Shown: positions 9,238 to 18,484 of the stretch, in pieces
Position numbering within the stretch: the stretch's first letter is position 1
Layout: the number at the start of each line of letters is the position of its first letter
Notes under the pieces: model-generated
The model's database searches: none
What the model was told of the DNA's origin: nothing
Seen by the model: the letters and a program-made list of their open reading frames with translations, nothing else
Made by a program: the position numbers and the translations under genes
Origin: Armatimonadota bacterium
Lineage (GTDB): Bacteria; Armatimonadota; HRBIN16
Assembly (NCBI GenBank): GCA_963677485.1
Contig: OY781964.1
Coordinates: 2,336,001-2,400,000, forward strand
Reading direction: 5' to 3'
DNA: 64,000 bases

Positions 9238-10689
9238 GTGAATTCAGTTAACCCTTCATATAGAGTTCCTGTGATCGCTGTAGCCACGCTGTTTTTATTT
9301 GCTGGTTGTGCCGGCAAAAAGAAGGTTGAGAAGGCCGAATCGGCTTTACCAACCGTAGGTGTTGTGGCTGCCACCAGGGGAGATATCCCATTTACCATCT
9401 CGGTGACTGGTGCCTTGAGTGCCGAACGCGATGTCGTGTTGTCTCCCAAGAACACCGGCCGAGTGAAGTCTGTGACTGTGCGCGAAGGTGATCGCGTGAG
9501 TGCTGGCCAGATAGTCATGGTTCAGGAGAGCTCGATGAGCAACCTGAGCGTTCAGGAGGCCCGTGCCGCTGTGGCGATGGCTGAAGCCCGTCTGGCAAGA
9601 TCCATCACCGGCATGAAGGTGCAACCGGCATCAACTGATGCCAGCATCCGCGGCGCAAAGGCCACGCTGGATGCAGCAGAGGCCCGCATGAGAGCGGTAG
9701 ACGCCGGAGCCAGGCCCCAGGAGCGCGCAGCTGCTGAGGAGGCCGTGAATGTGGCCCAGGCCAACATGGAGAATGCCCGACAGAACTACGTGCGCATCAA
9801 AGGGCTGTTTGAGCGTGACGCCATTGGCCGCCAGCAGTTGGATGTGGCGAAGGCTAACCTGACTGCTGCGGAGGCGCAGCACCGCAGCGCACAGCAGAAC
9901 TTGAATATGGTGCAAGAGGGCTCCCGTCAGGAAGATATAGATGCCGCCCGTGCGAATGTGCAGCAGGCCAAGGAAGCACTGGCCGCAGCCGAAACTGGCC
10001 GCAGTCAGAACAGTCTGAGGGTTCAGGAAGTTGCGGAAGCCAAGGCGGCTGTGGCTCAAGCCAAGACCGGGCTGGCTCAGTCGATGCAGGTTGTTGATGA
10101 CTGCATCACCCGCAGCAGTATCAGCGGTGTCGTTGCCCAACGTGACACAGAACCAGGAGCCATGCTGGATGGCGGTAAACCGGCCATGCGTATTGTGGAT
10201 ATGAACAGCATCTATTATGAGGCACGGGTTCCTGAAAACCTGGTGCGCTATGTGCGTTCCGGGCAGGCGGTCCATGTGAGTGTGGATGCATTCCCTGGCC
10301 AATCTTTCAAGGGTGTCGTCGCAAAAATCTACCCTGTGGGCCAGGCTGGCAGCCGTGACTTCACAGTGCGTGTCAATATCGCGAACGCGAACGGTAAGCT
10401 AAGGCCTGAGATGTTTGCCAGGGGCGAAATTGTGGCCGACATCCATCACGATGTGGTGGTCGTGCCGCGTGATGCGCTGCTTCAGCGGACATCCGGAGTA
10501 TCGGTGTTCGTGGTAAGCAAGGATGGCATTGCGAAAGAGCTGGATGTCTCCATGGGATACACCAACCCGAGCTCTGCAGAGGTGACCCTTGTCAAGGCGG
10601 GCGATATGGTGGTGGTTCAAGGGCAAGAGAACCTGGCCGATGGCGATAAAGTGAAGGCTGAAAAGACAGTATCCAATATCAACAACTAA
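9238..10689 (+). CDS. RND efflux periplasmic adaptor (MFP), lipoprotein with long coiled coil
   Basis: Lipobox FAGC; GRVKSVTVREGDRV lipoyl half; LRPEMFA; VVVPRDA. Confidence 0.93.
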   Translation: MNSVNPSYRVPVIAVATLFLFAGCAGKKKVEKAESALPTVGVVAATRGDIPFTISVTGALSAERDVVLSPKNTGRVKSVTVREGDRVSAGQIVMVQESSMSNLSVQEARAAVAMAEARLARSITGMKVQPASTDASIRGAKATLDAAEARMRAVDAGARPQERAAAEEAVNVAQANMENARQNYVRIKGLFERDAIGRQQLDVAKANLTAAEAQHRSAQQNLNMVQEGSRQEDIDAARANVQQAKEALAAAETGRSQNSLRVQEVAEAKAAVAQAKTGLAQSMQVVDDCITRSSISGVVAQRDTEPGAMLDGGKPAMRIVDMNSIYYEARVPENLVRYVRSGQAVHVSVDAFPGQSFKGVVAKIYPVGQAGSRDFTVRVNIANANGKLRPEMFARGEIVADIHHDVVVVPRDALLQRTSGVSVFVVSKDGIAKELDVSMGYTNPSSAEVTLVKAGDMVVVQGQENLADGDKVKAEKTVSNINN

Positions 10690-10707
10690 CGAGAGGTTAG
10701 ACCCCCT

Positions 10708-13700
10708 ATGTGGTTAACAAACTTAGCCATCAAGAGGCCGGTGTTGATCTGGATGATCTTCTCGGCGTTGGCGGTGATGGGACTGTTGGCGTTGTCCAGC
10801 ATGAAACGCGAACTTGAGCCCAAAGTGGATTTTCCTTATGTGACTGTCGCGACCGTATACGTAGGTGCGGGACCTCAGGAAGTGGAGACTCTCATCTCCA
10901 AACCGCTTGAGGACGCCGTGAACAGCGTTAACGGTGTGAAGCACGTGGACAGCACCAGTCAGGAAGGCATGTCGCTCATCTTTATCGAGTTCAAACTTGG
11001 TACTGATGTGGATGTAGCCGTGAACGACGTGCGCAGTAAGGTGGACCGTGTGCGGGCGTCCCTGCCGGAAGATGCCAAGACGCCAACCATCAGCAAGCTG
11101 GATGCAAACTCCAGCCCCGTCTTCCGGTTTGGCATGACGGGCAAGCGCGAGCAGCGTCAGTTGCGGTATCTAGCCGAAGAGGTGGTCACCAACCGCCTGG
11201 CGCGTGTCTCTGGCGTGGCTGCCGTCAACGTCATCGGCGGTGCCAAACGCGAGATCAAAGTCATTCTTCGACCAGAGCGGTTGAATGCAACCAGCCTGAG
11301 CCCTGATTACGTTGTGGCCGCGATGAAAATGCAGAACCTGAGCGTGCCTGGTGGACGTATCGAGCAGAGCCGGCACGAGTATGCGCTGCGGTTGTTTGGC
11401 GAGTTCCGGTCGCTAGACCAGATTCGGCAGCTTCGCATAGGGGTGCCTGGATATGCCGGTCAGAGTGTGCAGTTGGGCGACATCGCCACCATACTCGATG
11501 CCCAGGAGGAGAAGACGCAGGAGAGCCGTCTGAACGGGCGCAGCACGGTGACAGTAACCGTGCAGAAGACCTCCGATGCGAACACGGCTGAGGTTTGCGA
11601 CGGCGTAATGCTGGAGCTGGCGCAGTTACGGCGTGATTTACCCAAAGATGTGACCTTCCAGGTGACGAATGACGACAGCAAGCGCATCAACGAGAACCTG
11701 CTGGACGTGCAGATATCGCTGATCCTGGCGATCATCCTGGCAGTGCTGGTGGTGTATACCTTCCTTCACAACCTGAGGGGCACCTTCATCGTATCGATGG
11801 CGATCCCGATCTCATTTGTCAGCACCTTCCTGGTGATGAACTCTATGGGGCTGACATTGAATACTATGACCTTGATGGCATTATCACTGGCCACAGGTAT
11901 TTTGGTTGATGACTCCATTGTGGTGCTTGAGAACATCTTCCGGCACCTCTCCAATGGCGAACGTCCGCGTGAGGCAGCCCTCAACGGGCGCTCTGAGATT
12001 GGGCTGGCTGCGGTGACGATCACCCTGGTGGACGTGGTGGTGTTCGTGCCCATCGCGTTTATGGGTGGTATCGCTGGCATGTTTTTCAAGGCGTTTGGTA
12101 TCACCATCGCGGTGGCTACACTGTTCTCGCTGTTCGTCAGCTTCACTCTGACCCCCATGCTGGCCAGCAGATGGTTTAAGGGTGGCGAACACCTGGAGGA
12201 AGCGAAAACCGGCTTCTTCGGATTGTTTGAACGCAACTACGGCAAACTGGAAAAGGGCTACCGAAGGCTGCTGGAGCGTGTTCTGACCCATCGCTGGATT
12301 ACGGTCGGCTTCGGTGTCTGCCTGCTGCTGACCATCTTCATGTTGATCGCCGGTTCACTGGCCGGAAAAACAGAAGCCTCCAAGATGGGCGTCTCGCTGC
12401 TCGGGAGTTTCTTGATACTAGCGGTCATCATAGCGGTAGGCGGTTTCGTGCGGCGTGCGATATGGAACCATCCCGTGGCCCCGGCGATCAAGGGCGCCAT
12501 CGGTCTGGCCGTGATTGGTGCCATCGCCTTTGGCGGTGCGCTGGTTGGCGGAAGCATGACCCACCCACTGCTGCCCTTCCGGTTCTTCGGACAGAGCGAT
12601 AGCGGAGCGGTTGGGGTCAGCGTGGAGCTGCCGGCGGGCACGTCGCTGGCCACGACTGACCGTGTACTGAAAACTCTGGAAAGCCGGATCAAGGCGGATA
12701 AGAACTTGATCCGTGACGTGGCCTCGATCAGCAGCATCGTGGGAGGCACCTCTTCGGGGATGTGGAGTGCTGGTGGGACCGGCTCCAACGTGGGCGAAAT
12801 CTCACTTGAGCTGGCCGAGAAGAGAGCACTGATGGATCAGTTAGCCTTCTGGCGAGAGCATGAGTATCTGCGCACCCGTAAAGACACCGACCTGGTGGAC
12901 ATCACCCGCAAGGCTGTGGGCAGTATTCCGGGCGCGAAGATCACCATTTCGGCGTCAGGTGGTGAAGGCGGCGGCGGGGCACCAATTGAGATCGACCTAC
13001 AGGGCTCTAACACCAACCAACTGGTCACCTCCGCGGCGAAGATTCGTCAAGTGCTTGATAGAACCGAAGGTTGTGTGGATGCCGATGTAAGCTGGAAGCT
13101 GGGTAAGCCTGAACTGCAGTTCACGTTGGATCAAAATCGAGCGGCCGACCTGGGGGTGAACCTGGTGACGGTGGCGACAGCCGTGCGAACCTATATCGAG
13201 GGCAACACGGACGTGAAATACCGCGATGCAGGGAAGGAATACGACATCAGGGTGCAGCTGCCGAAGGACATGCGCACTGACCTCGATGGCGTGGGAGACC
13301 TGGTGATCACTTACGTAAACGGGGCACCTGTCAGGTTAGTCGATTTGGGAAGCGTCCGGCTGACCAGCGGTCCCACCAAAATTGACAGACGTGACCGGGA
13401 ACGACAGGTCGCCGTCACCTGCAACCTTAAGCCTGGGTATCTGCCCGGCAACATGCAGGGGGTGATCGACGCCGCGATTGCTAAGGCGAAGGTGGTGCCG
13501 CCTGGCGTGAGACTAGCCTGGTCGGGTGAGAACCAGCTCATGGCGGAAGAGGGAACCTTCATGATGCGTGCGCTGATGCTGGCGATCATTTTGGTCTACA
13601 TGCTGATGGCTTCGCTGTTCAACTCGCTGCTGACGCCGTTAATCATCATGCTTAGCCTGCCGATGGCACTGATCGGCGCGCTGGTGGCGTTGATTTTGTG

Positions 13701-14106
13701 CTACAACGCTGGGGTAGATGCCTCGGTGCTGAATGTGGTGGCATTTATCGGTGTGATCATGCTGATGGGACTGGTGACCAAGAACGCCATCTTGATGGTG
13801 GACTATACCAACACCCTGAGAGCCCGCGGGTATGAACGCCATGAAGCATTGCTGACGGCGGGGCCAACCCGTATGCGGCCCATTTTGATGACCGCCTTCG
13901 CGGCGATATTCGGCACGCTGCCCACCGCATTGGCACTGGGACGCGGATCGGAGTTCCGGCAGCCGATGGGCATCACGGTCATCGGAGGGTTGCTGCTGGG
14001 CACCATGCTCACACTGCTGGTGATTCCGGCCGTCTACACCATCTTCGATGATGCGGGGCAATGGCTGAGCGGTCTGGGTCATCGCAAAGCGAAACCGAAG
14101 AGCTAA
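10708..14106 (+). CDS. RND efflux permease (AcrB/AcrD/AcrF family)
   Basis: AIKRPV, GILVDDSIVVLENI, TLTPML, GLVTKNAILMVD, RMRPILMT. Confidence 0.96.
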   Translation: MWLTNLAIKRPVLIWMIFSALAVMGLLALSSMKRELEPKVDFPYVTVATVYVGAGPQEVETLISKPLEDAVNSVNGVKHVDSTSQEGMSLIFIEFKLGTDVDVAVNDVRSKVDRVRASLPEDAKTPTISKLDANSSPVFRFGMTGKREQRQLRYLAEEVVTNRLARVSGVAAVNVIGGAKREIKVILRPERLNATSLSPDYVVAAMKMQNLSVPGGRIEQSRHEYALRLFGEFRSLDQIRQLRIGVPGYAGQSVQLGDIATILDAQEEKTQESRLNGRSTVTVTVQKTSDANTAEVCDGVMLELAQLRRDLPKDVTFQVTNDDSKRINENLLDVQISLILAIILAVLVVYTFLHNLRGTFIVSMAIPISFVSTFLVMNSMGLTLNTMTLMALSLATGILVDDSIVVLENIFRHLSNGERPREAALNGRSEIGLAAVTITLVDVVVFVPIAFMGGIAGMFFKAFGITIAVATLFSLFVSFTLTPMLASRWFKGGEHLEEAKTGFFGLFERNYGKLEKGYRRLLERVLTHRWITVGFGVCLLLTIFMLIAGSLAGKTEASKMGVSLLGSFLILAVIIAVGGFVRRAIWNHPVAPAIKGAIGLAVIGAIAFGGALVGGSMTHPLLPFRFFGQSDSGAVGVSVELPAGTSLATTDRVLKTLESRIKADKNLIRDVASISSIVGGTSSGMWSAGGTGSNVGEISLELAEKRALMDQLAFWREHEYLRTRKDTDLVDITRKAVGSIPGAKITISASGGEGGGGAPIEIDLQGSNTNQLVTSAAKIRQVLDRTEGCVDADVSWKLGKPELQFTLDQNRAADLGVNLVTVATAVRTYIEGNTDVKYRDAGKEYDIRVQLPKDMRTDLDGVGDLVITYVNGAPVRLVDLGSVRLTSGPTKIDRRDRERQVAVTCNLKPGYLPGNMQGVIDAAIAKAKVVPPGVRLAWSGENQLMAEEGTFMMRALMLAIILVYMLMASLFNSLLTPLIIMLSLPMALIGALVALILCYNAGVDASVLNVVAFIGVIMLMGLVTKNAILMVDYTNTLRARGYERHEALLTAGPTRMRPILMTAFAAIFGTLPTALALGRGSEFRQPMGITVIGGLLLGTMLTLLVIPAVYTIFDDAGQWLSGLGHRKAKPKS

Positions 14107-14120
14107 ACGGCTCTGCCACG

Positions 14121-14154
14121 GGGCGGCTGCAGTTTGCAGCCGCCCTTTTTTTTT
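14121..14154 (+). terminator. Intrinsic terminator of RND operon
   Basis: gggcggctgca-gtt-tgcagccgccc followed by T9. Confidence 0.92.
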
Positions 14155-14222
14155 GTCTTGCAGGAAATGATTGCATGGTTGTGGTAGTATTTACATAATT
14201 ACCCTCAGGTGGTGTGTAAAGT

Positions 14223-15512
14223 ATGCCTAAGTTTCTGCTCTTATTGCTGCGTTTGCTGGCATTTCCGCTTAAGGTGTACATGATGCTTGCTTGGTGGTTC
14301 CGAGGTCGAACGAAATGGATTGACCAGGTACTTTATCCCGGCATGTATTACCCATTGGTGTTAACCAGTCTGATTGGCAGTCTATACGCACAGTTGAACC
14401 AAGTGTCGAGTGGCCTTACCCCTCACAATGCGTTGCTGAATGGGTTGTCAACATCACCTATCCTATGCGGGTTACTTGCTTTGATCATGCTGGTGCCAAC
14501 GGCTATTGTGCTGGCGCGTGGCCGAACGCAGTTTCTATTAGCTCTGTTCATCTGCTCATCAACTGTGAGTGCTTTGTCGGGCAAATGGTACGCCGTGGTG
14601 GCTGTGGTCATTGCATATGCGTTACTCGTTGGGTTGCTTAAAAGACTCATGGTAAACGGCGATCTGATGATAACTAAACTCCACTTTGTGCTGGCGCTGA
14701 CCCTGATGATTCTCTTGGTAGTTGCCGTTGTCATGCCTTACACCCGTACATATGTCTATTTTGGAATGGTCTGTGTGATGGTGCTACTGTCGTACTGGTG
14801 TATCATCCCCTCGAACGTATCGACGTCTCCACGAATATCAATGATCCAACGGGCAAGGTCCACCGATGATGCCTGTCCACCATTTGCCAATGATGTGGCT
14901 ACAGTAGATGGCTGGGTGCAGGCTACACCAATCGAGTTTTGGGAACATCTGTGCCACAACTGGGAAATGAGTATCGTACGAAAAGATGAAACTACCGATA
15001 TTGACATGCAGTATATAAACCCACTCGATGAAGGTGTAGAAATTGCATGTGAAGCTCGATGGAGCCGTTTACTTAAAGAAAGTGAACTCGACCCAGATGA
15101 AGACGAATACGAATATGATGAGATATGGCACAGTTTCATCACCGGAAAGCGCGAGGTCAACGCGCATTGTGACGGTGGCAAATGTAAATGGCAGCTAGAT
15201 GAACTCAAGCCAAAATATGCCGCTAGCGATGTGACGGATGAATTAATGGCTCAGATGGACCACATCCTACAGGACAATATCACTCTGCTGAAGCAGATGC
15301 CGGTGGAGATGGTGCTGAACAGCCAACCCATAGTTTTATGTTACGGAGAGCCTAGGTCGAAAGTACATACGCTGTGGGAGTTGCAGACGCTTGACGGTGA
15401 GATTATGGTCAAGGAAAAGCCTACAGTCAACGTGACCGTATATACAGTTGCGTCTGGTAGCGACGGACAAAAATCTCTAGCGATTAAAACTGAGATGGTG
15501 CAACTTGGCTAA
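14223..15512 (+). CDS. Hypothetical membrane protein (multi-TM N-terminus, acidic soluble C-terminus)
   Basis: 429-aa ORF with about 6 hydrophobic segments; visibly more AT-rich than neighbours. Confidence 0.65.
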   Translation: MPKFLLLLLRLLAFPLKVYMMLAWWFRGRTKWIDQVLYPGMYYPLVLTSLIGSLYAQLNQVSSGLTPHNALLNGLSTSPILCGLLALIMLVPTAIVLARGRTQFLLALFICSSTVSALSGKWYAVVAVVIAYALLVGLLKRLMVNGDLMITKLHFVLALTLMILLVVAVVMPYTRTYVYFGMVCVMVLLSYWCIIPSNVSTSPRISMIQRARSTDDACPPFANDVATVDGWVQATPIEFWEHLCHNWEMSIVRKDETTDIDMQYINPLDEGVEIACEARWSRLLKESELDPDEDEYEYDEIWHSFITGKREVNAHCDGGKCKWQLDELKPKYAASDVTDELMAQMDHILQDNITLLKQMPVEMVLNSQPIVLCYGEPRSKVHTLWELQTLDGEIMVKEKPTVNVTVYTVASGSDGQKSLAIKTEMVQLG

Positions 15513-15589
15513 CAGGTGGTCGGTTGTTTCGTAATTACAAACACCCGCCTGTGCATGCACGGCAGCACAAGCTGTAACTGATACTGTTC

Positions 15590-15667
15590 GTAGGGGCCAC
15601 CCTTGTGGTGGCCCTTATCGTTGTTCGATCGATTGTTTTTTAGGGCGCCCACAAGGGACGCCCCTAC
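15590..15667. repeat. GTAG-type REP doublet (REPIN-like)
   Basis: GTAGgggccacccttgtggtggccct ... agggcgcccacaagggacgcccCTAC; related doublet at 40626-40707. Confidence 0.85.
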
Positions 15668-15838
15668 AAGCAGTTACAAGCATATCCGCTTCGAGCCAAA
15701 CCGTTTGGGTTGATCGGGCGGATCAGACCGATTCGGGTGATTCGCCTGATCCGCCCTATCCGTCCTTTAAAACCCATCCCCCCCTCAAACCGGACGCTGA
15801 ACCCCATAAACCGCCCATAGGATATGGGGGTGAACCAT

Positions 15839-16543
15839 ATGGTGAAACGTATAGCGAAGCTTTTTGAAGCAGGCCACTACCCCGAGCGCGGTCTTCAGAT
15901 CGAACCTCAGCAGATATCCCAAATCGTACAGCAGTTCCAGGCACCCATCCCCATCACGGTGGAGCACCTTGGGGGCCAATGGCGGCTAGGGGAGCTGGTA
16001 GAGGTGTGGCCGCACGGCGAGGAGCTGCTGGGCAGGCTGGAGCTGAGCACAGAGGCCGACGCGCTGCTTCAACGGCTGGGTATCTTCGGGCTGAGCGTGG
16101 GGCTAGACCCGGGCTGCGAGCGTCTGCTTGAGCTCTCGGTGACCGAGGCGCCGCGTGTGCCGGATGCCCGTATCTTTCGCAAGCAACAGGATCGCATATT
16201 TGGAGGTGAAATCCTGATGGAATCAACACATGAACTGCTTCATGTGGACCGGCAGTTGGAGCAGTGGCTTCAACAGGGGCGAATCACACCGGCGGCAGAG
16301 CCGTTCGCGCGTGCTCTGCTGGAGATGGGTGAGACGATGCAGTTTCGAGAGGGTCAGAACAGCGTGGCGGCTTTGTTCAGCCAGTTTGTGTCCGCGATGC
16401 CGCAGGCGGTGGTGTTCGGCGAGCTCACTCCTGGACAGGCAGCGGCGGGCGATGGGCTGAGCAGCACGCAGCGAGAGTTTCTGGCGAAGCACTGGTCGGA
16501 TGTGCCTGCGGAGCAGATTGCAGCGCATCTGGACCGAGAGTAG
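15839..16543 (+). CDS. Phage prohead protease/scaffold (Mu I-like)
   Basis: PITVEH (His) and GLSVGL (Ser) motifs, ELSVTEAP, GRITPA, VVFGE; position directly upstream of cement and capsid genes; RBS GGGGTG before ATG 15839 (ORF track start 15824). Confidence 0.8.
   Translation: MVKRIAKLFEAGHYPERGLQIEPQQISQIVQQFQAPIPITVEHLGGQWRLGELVEVWPHGEELLGRLELSTEADALLQRLGIFGLSVGLDPGCERLLELSVTEAPRVPDARIFRKQQDRIFGGEILMESTHELLHVDRQLEQWLQQGRITPAAEPFARALLEMGETMQFREGQNSVAALFSQFVSAMPQAVVFGELTPGQAAAGDGLSSTQREFLAKHWSDVPAEQIAAHLDRE
16217..16543 (+). CDS. Nested in-frame scaffold protein (Mu Z-like), 108 aa
   Basis: Strong RBS GGAGGTG at 16202-16208 before in-frame ATG 16217 (MESTHELL...). Confidence 0.65.
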   Translation: MESTHELLHVDRQLEQWLQQGRITPAAEPFARALLEMGETMQFREGQNSVAALFSQFVSAMPQAVVFGELTPGQAAAGDGLSSTQREFLAKHWSDVPAEQIAAHLDRE

Positions 16544-16552
16544 GAGGCGAAA

Positions 16553-16960
16553 ATGGCACGACTATCTGAGAACTGGGACACCCGCATGAGCGAGGGCCGG
16601 GTGATCTGCTATCCGGTGAAAGCCGATGCTGTGATCTACACCGGGGCGATACTGGTGCTGGACGCCGGTTATGTGCGACCCTCCGGTGCTGCGGAGACGG
16701 GCCTATTTGTAGGAATCGCCGCAGACAACGTGGATGCCACTGATCATACGAGCGGGGATTTGAAGGTGCGGGTGATCAAAACCGGCGCCCATAACTTCCA
16801 GGCCACTGGGCTGGTGGCAGCCGACCTTGGCAAGCTAACCTACGCCCCCAACGACGCCAGCGTCAGTCTGAGCGACACCGCTGGCCCCGAGGTGGGTTAT
16901 CTGGTTGGGCTGAACGCCAACGGCACGGTACGGGTGCGTATCGACCGCTCGGTATGCTAG
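16553..16960 (+). CDS. Capsid cement/decoration protein (DUF2190-like)
   Basis: 135 aa; YPVKADAVIYTGA, FVGIA, DLGKLTYA, VGYLV, VRVRI; lies between protease and capsid; AGGAGG RBS. Confidence 0.75.
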   Translation: MARLSENWDTRMSEGRVICYPVKADAVIYTGAILVLDAGYVRPSGAAETGLFVGIAADNVDATDHTSGDLKVRVIKTGAHNFQATGLVAADLGKLTYAPNDASVSLSDTAGPEVGYLVGLNANGTVRVRIDRSVC

Positions 16961-16975
16961 CGAAGGGAGAAGGCG

Positions 16976-17902
16976 ATGTTATCTAAATCCGAAATCGGTC
17001 CGCTTCTTCAAGCGGGGCTTCGAGCAGACTTCCATCGGGCTTACAGTGCCGCGATGGCCGATCTGCTGTATGGGCGTTTGGCCACGGTGATCAGCACCGA
17101 CCGCAGCGTGCAACGTTACGGCTGGTTGGGTGATGTGCCCACCATGCGCGAGTTTGTGGATGAGCGTCAGCCCGCCGGGCTACGCAGCCACGAATACAGC
17201 ATCGAGGACAAGGTGTGGGAGAGCAGCATCGCCGTCGACCGGCGTGCGATGGAGGACGACCAGTTGGGGGCTATCCGGCTGCGGGTGCAGGGGCTGGGAC
17301 GTGAGGCGGCCCGTCACAAAGACCGCGTGGTGGTGGGGTTGATCACCGGCGGTTTCACCGATCTTTGCTACGATGGCACGCCGCTGATCGGCAACACGCA
17401 TAGCGAAGGCGACAGCGGCACCCAGAGCAACGTGGGCAGCGATGGGCTCTCCGCAGAAAGCCTGCAGACGGCCATCGCCGCGATGATGGGTGTGAAGAAC
17501 GACCGAGCGGAGCCGCTGGGCATCCGGCCGGACTTGATGCTGGTGGGGCCTCAACTGATGTTCACCGCGCGCGAGCTGCTTCAAAGCGCGGTGGTGGTGG
17601 AGAAGGGCGACTCGTTGCGCACCCCCTACACCAACGTGCTGAAGGGGCTGGTCGATCTGGTGGTGTCGCCGGACATCACCGACACCAGTTGGTATCTGAT
17701 GGATACCAGTCGTCCGATGCGCGGCGTGATCCTGCAGGAGCGCAGCGATGTGCCGGTGGAGCTGGTGTCGTTGGAGGATGCCTCCCGCAGTGAGAGCGTG
17801 TTCCTGCGCGACCAATACCTGTTTGGCGTGCGAAGCCGGTTCGGCGCCGGTTACGGCCTCTGGCAGGCCGTGTGGGGCAGTACAGGCGGTTCCGGCGCGT
17901 AG
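16976..17902 (+). CDS. Mu-like major capsid protein (gpT family)
   Basis: 308 aa; YGWLGDVPTMREFVDER, WESSIAVDRRAMEDDQLG, CYDG, PLGIRPDLMLVGP, WYLMDTS, GYGLWQ. Confidence 0.93.
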   Translation: MLSKSEIGPLLQAGLRADFHRAYSAAMADLLYGRLATVISTDRSVQRYGWLGDVPTMREFVDERQPAGLRSHEYSIEDKVWESSIAVDRRAMEDDQLGAIRLRVQGLGREAARHKDRVVVGLITGGFTDLCYDGTPLIGNTHSEGDSGTQSNVGSDGLSAESLQTAIAAMMGVKNDRAEPLGIRPDLMLVGPQLMFTARELLQSAVVVEKGDSLRTPYTNVLKGLVDLVVSPDITDTSWYLMDTSRPMRGVILQERSDVPVELVSLEDASRSESVFLRDQYLFGVRSRFGAGYGLWQAVWGSTGGSGA

Positions 17903-17953
17903 GATGAGCCTCGCCCTGATGGAATATCGGGCGATCTGGTGATATTGGGGGTC

Positions 17954-17988
17954 AACACCGGCGCAGAATGTATATCCGCGCCGGTGTT
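17954..17988 (+). terminator. Stem-loop after capsid gene (possible terminator or mRNA stabiliser)
   Basis: aacaccggcgc-N13-gcgccggtgtt; weak U tract. Confidence 0.45.
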
Positions 17989-18023
17989 TCTGTGACAATG
18001 AGCGATCGAAAGGGAGGTGCGAG

Positions 18024-18311
18024 GTGGACCAACAGGCGTTCACGCAAGTGCTGACACTTCTGAGCGCAGTGCTGTCGGCACAGTGGGCTTTCACACGCTA
18101 TACGCTGCGCGCGTTGGAGCGTGTGATCCAGGCGCAGGAGGCCACGCTGCAGCAGCGGCTGGTTTCGGTGGAGTCGGCGGTGCAATGCAACGCGGAGGCG
18201 ATGTCCGAGCTGCGGGAGACGATCCGTGAGCTGAGCATGGTCATCGCCCTGCGGAACGGCAGCCCGACACTGGAGCCATCTGCACATCGTATGAAGGAGG
18301 AGACGAGATGA
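18024..18311 (+). CDS. Small membrane protein, 1 TM + coiled coil (holin-like)
   Basis: GTG start with GGAGGT RBS; N-terminal hydrophobic helix then heptad-rich region. Confidence 0.5.
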   Translation: MDQQAFTQVLTLLSAVLSAQWAFTRYTLRALERVIQAQEATLQQRLVSVESAVQCNAEAMSELRETIRELSMVIALRNGSPTLEPSAHRMKEETR

Positions 18312-18484
18312 ACCTGCTGACTAGTTGCTTCGGCAGAAAGATTTTGGAGGCTGCGAAACAGGCTTTGATTACACACATCAGTGAAGAGGTACGCCGGCTT
18401 GTGGACAAATACGCTCACGACCCTGAAGTGCTCTGCCAACAGCTTACGCAGTTCATCCTGCGCACGCTGAAGCTGGTGCAGTGA
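18308..18484 (+). CDS. 58-aa hypothetical protein absent from ORF track (MNLLTSCFGRKILEAAKQ...LKLVQ)
   Basis: AAGGAGG RBS at 18294-18300; ATGA overlap with the upstream gene and TGATG overlap with the downstream gene. Confidence 0.8.
   Translation: MNLLTSCFGRKILEAAKQALITHISEEVRRLVDKYAHDPEVLCQQLTQFILRTLKLVQ

Noticed and set aside
16976-17902. Encapsulin nanocompartment
   Set aside because: Motifs are gpT-like and the gene is accompanied by protease, scaffold, cement, portal and adaptor genes; no cargo enzyme is adjacent.
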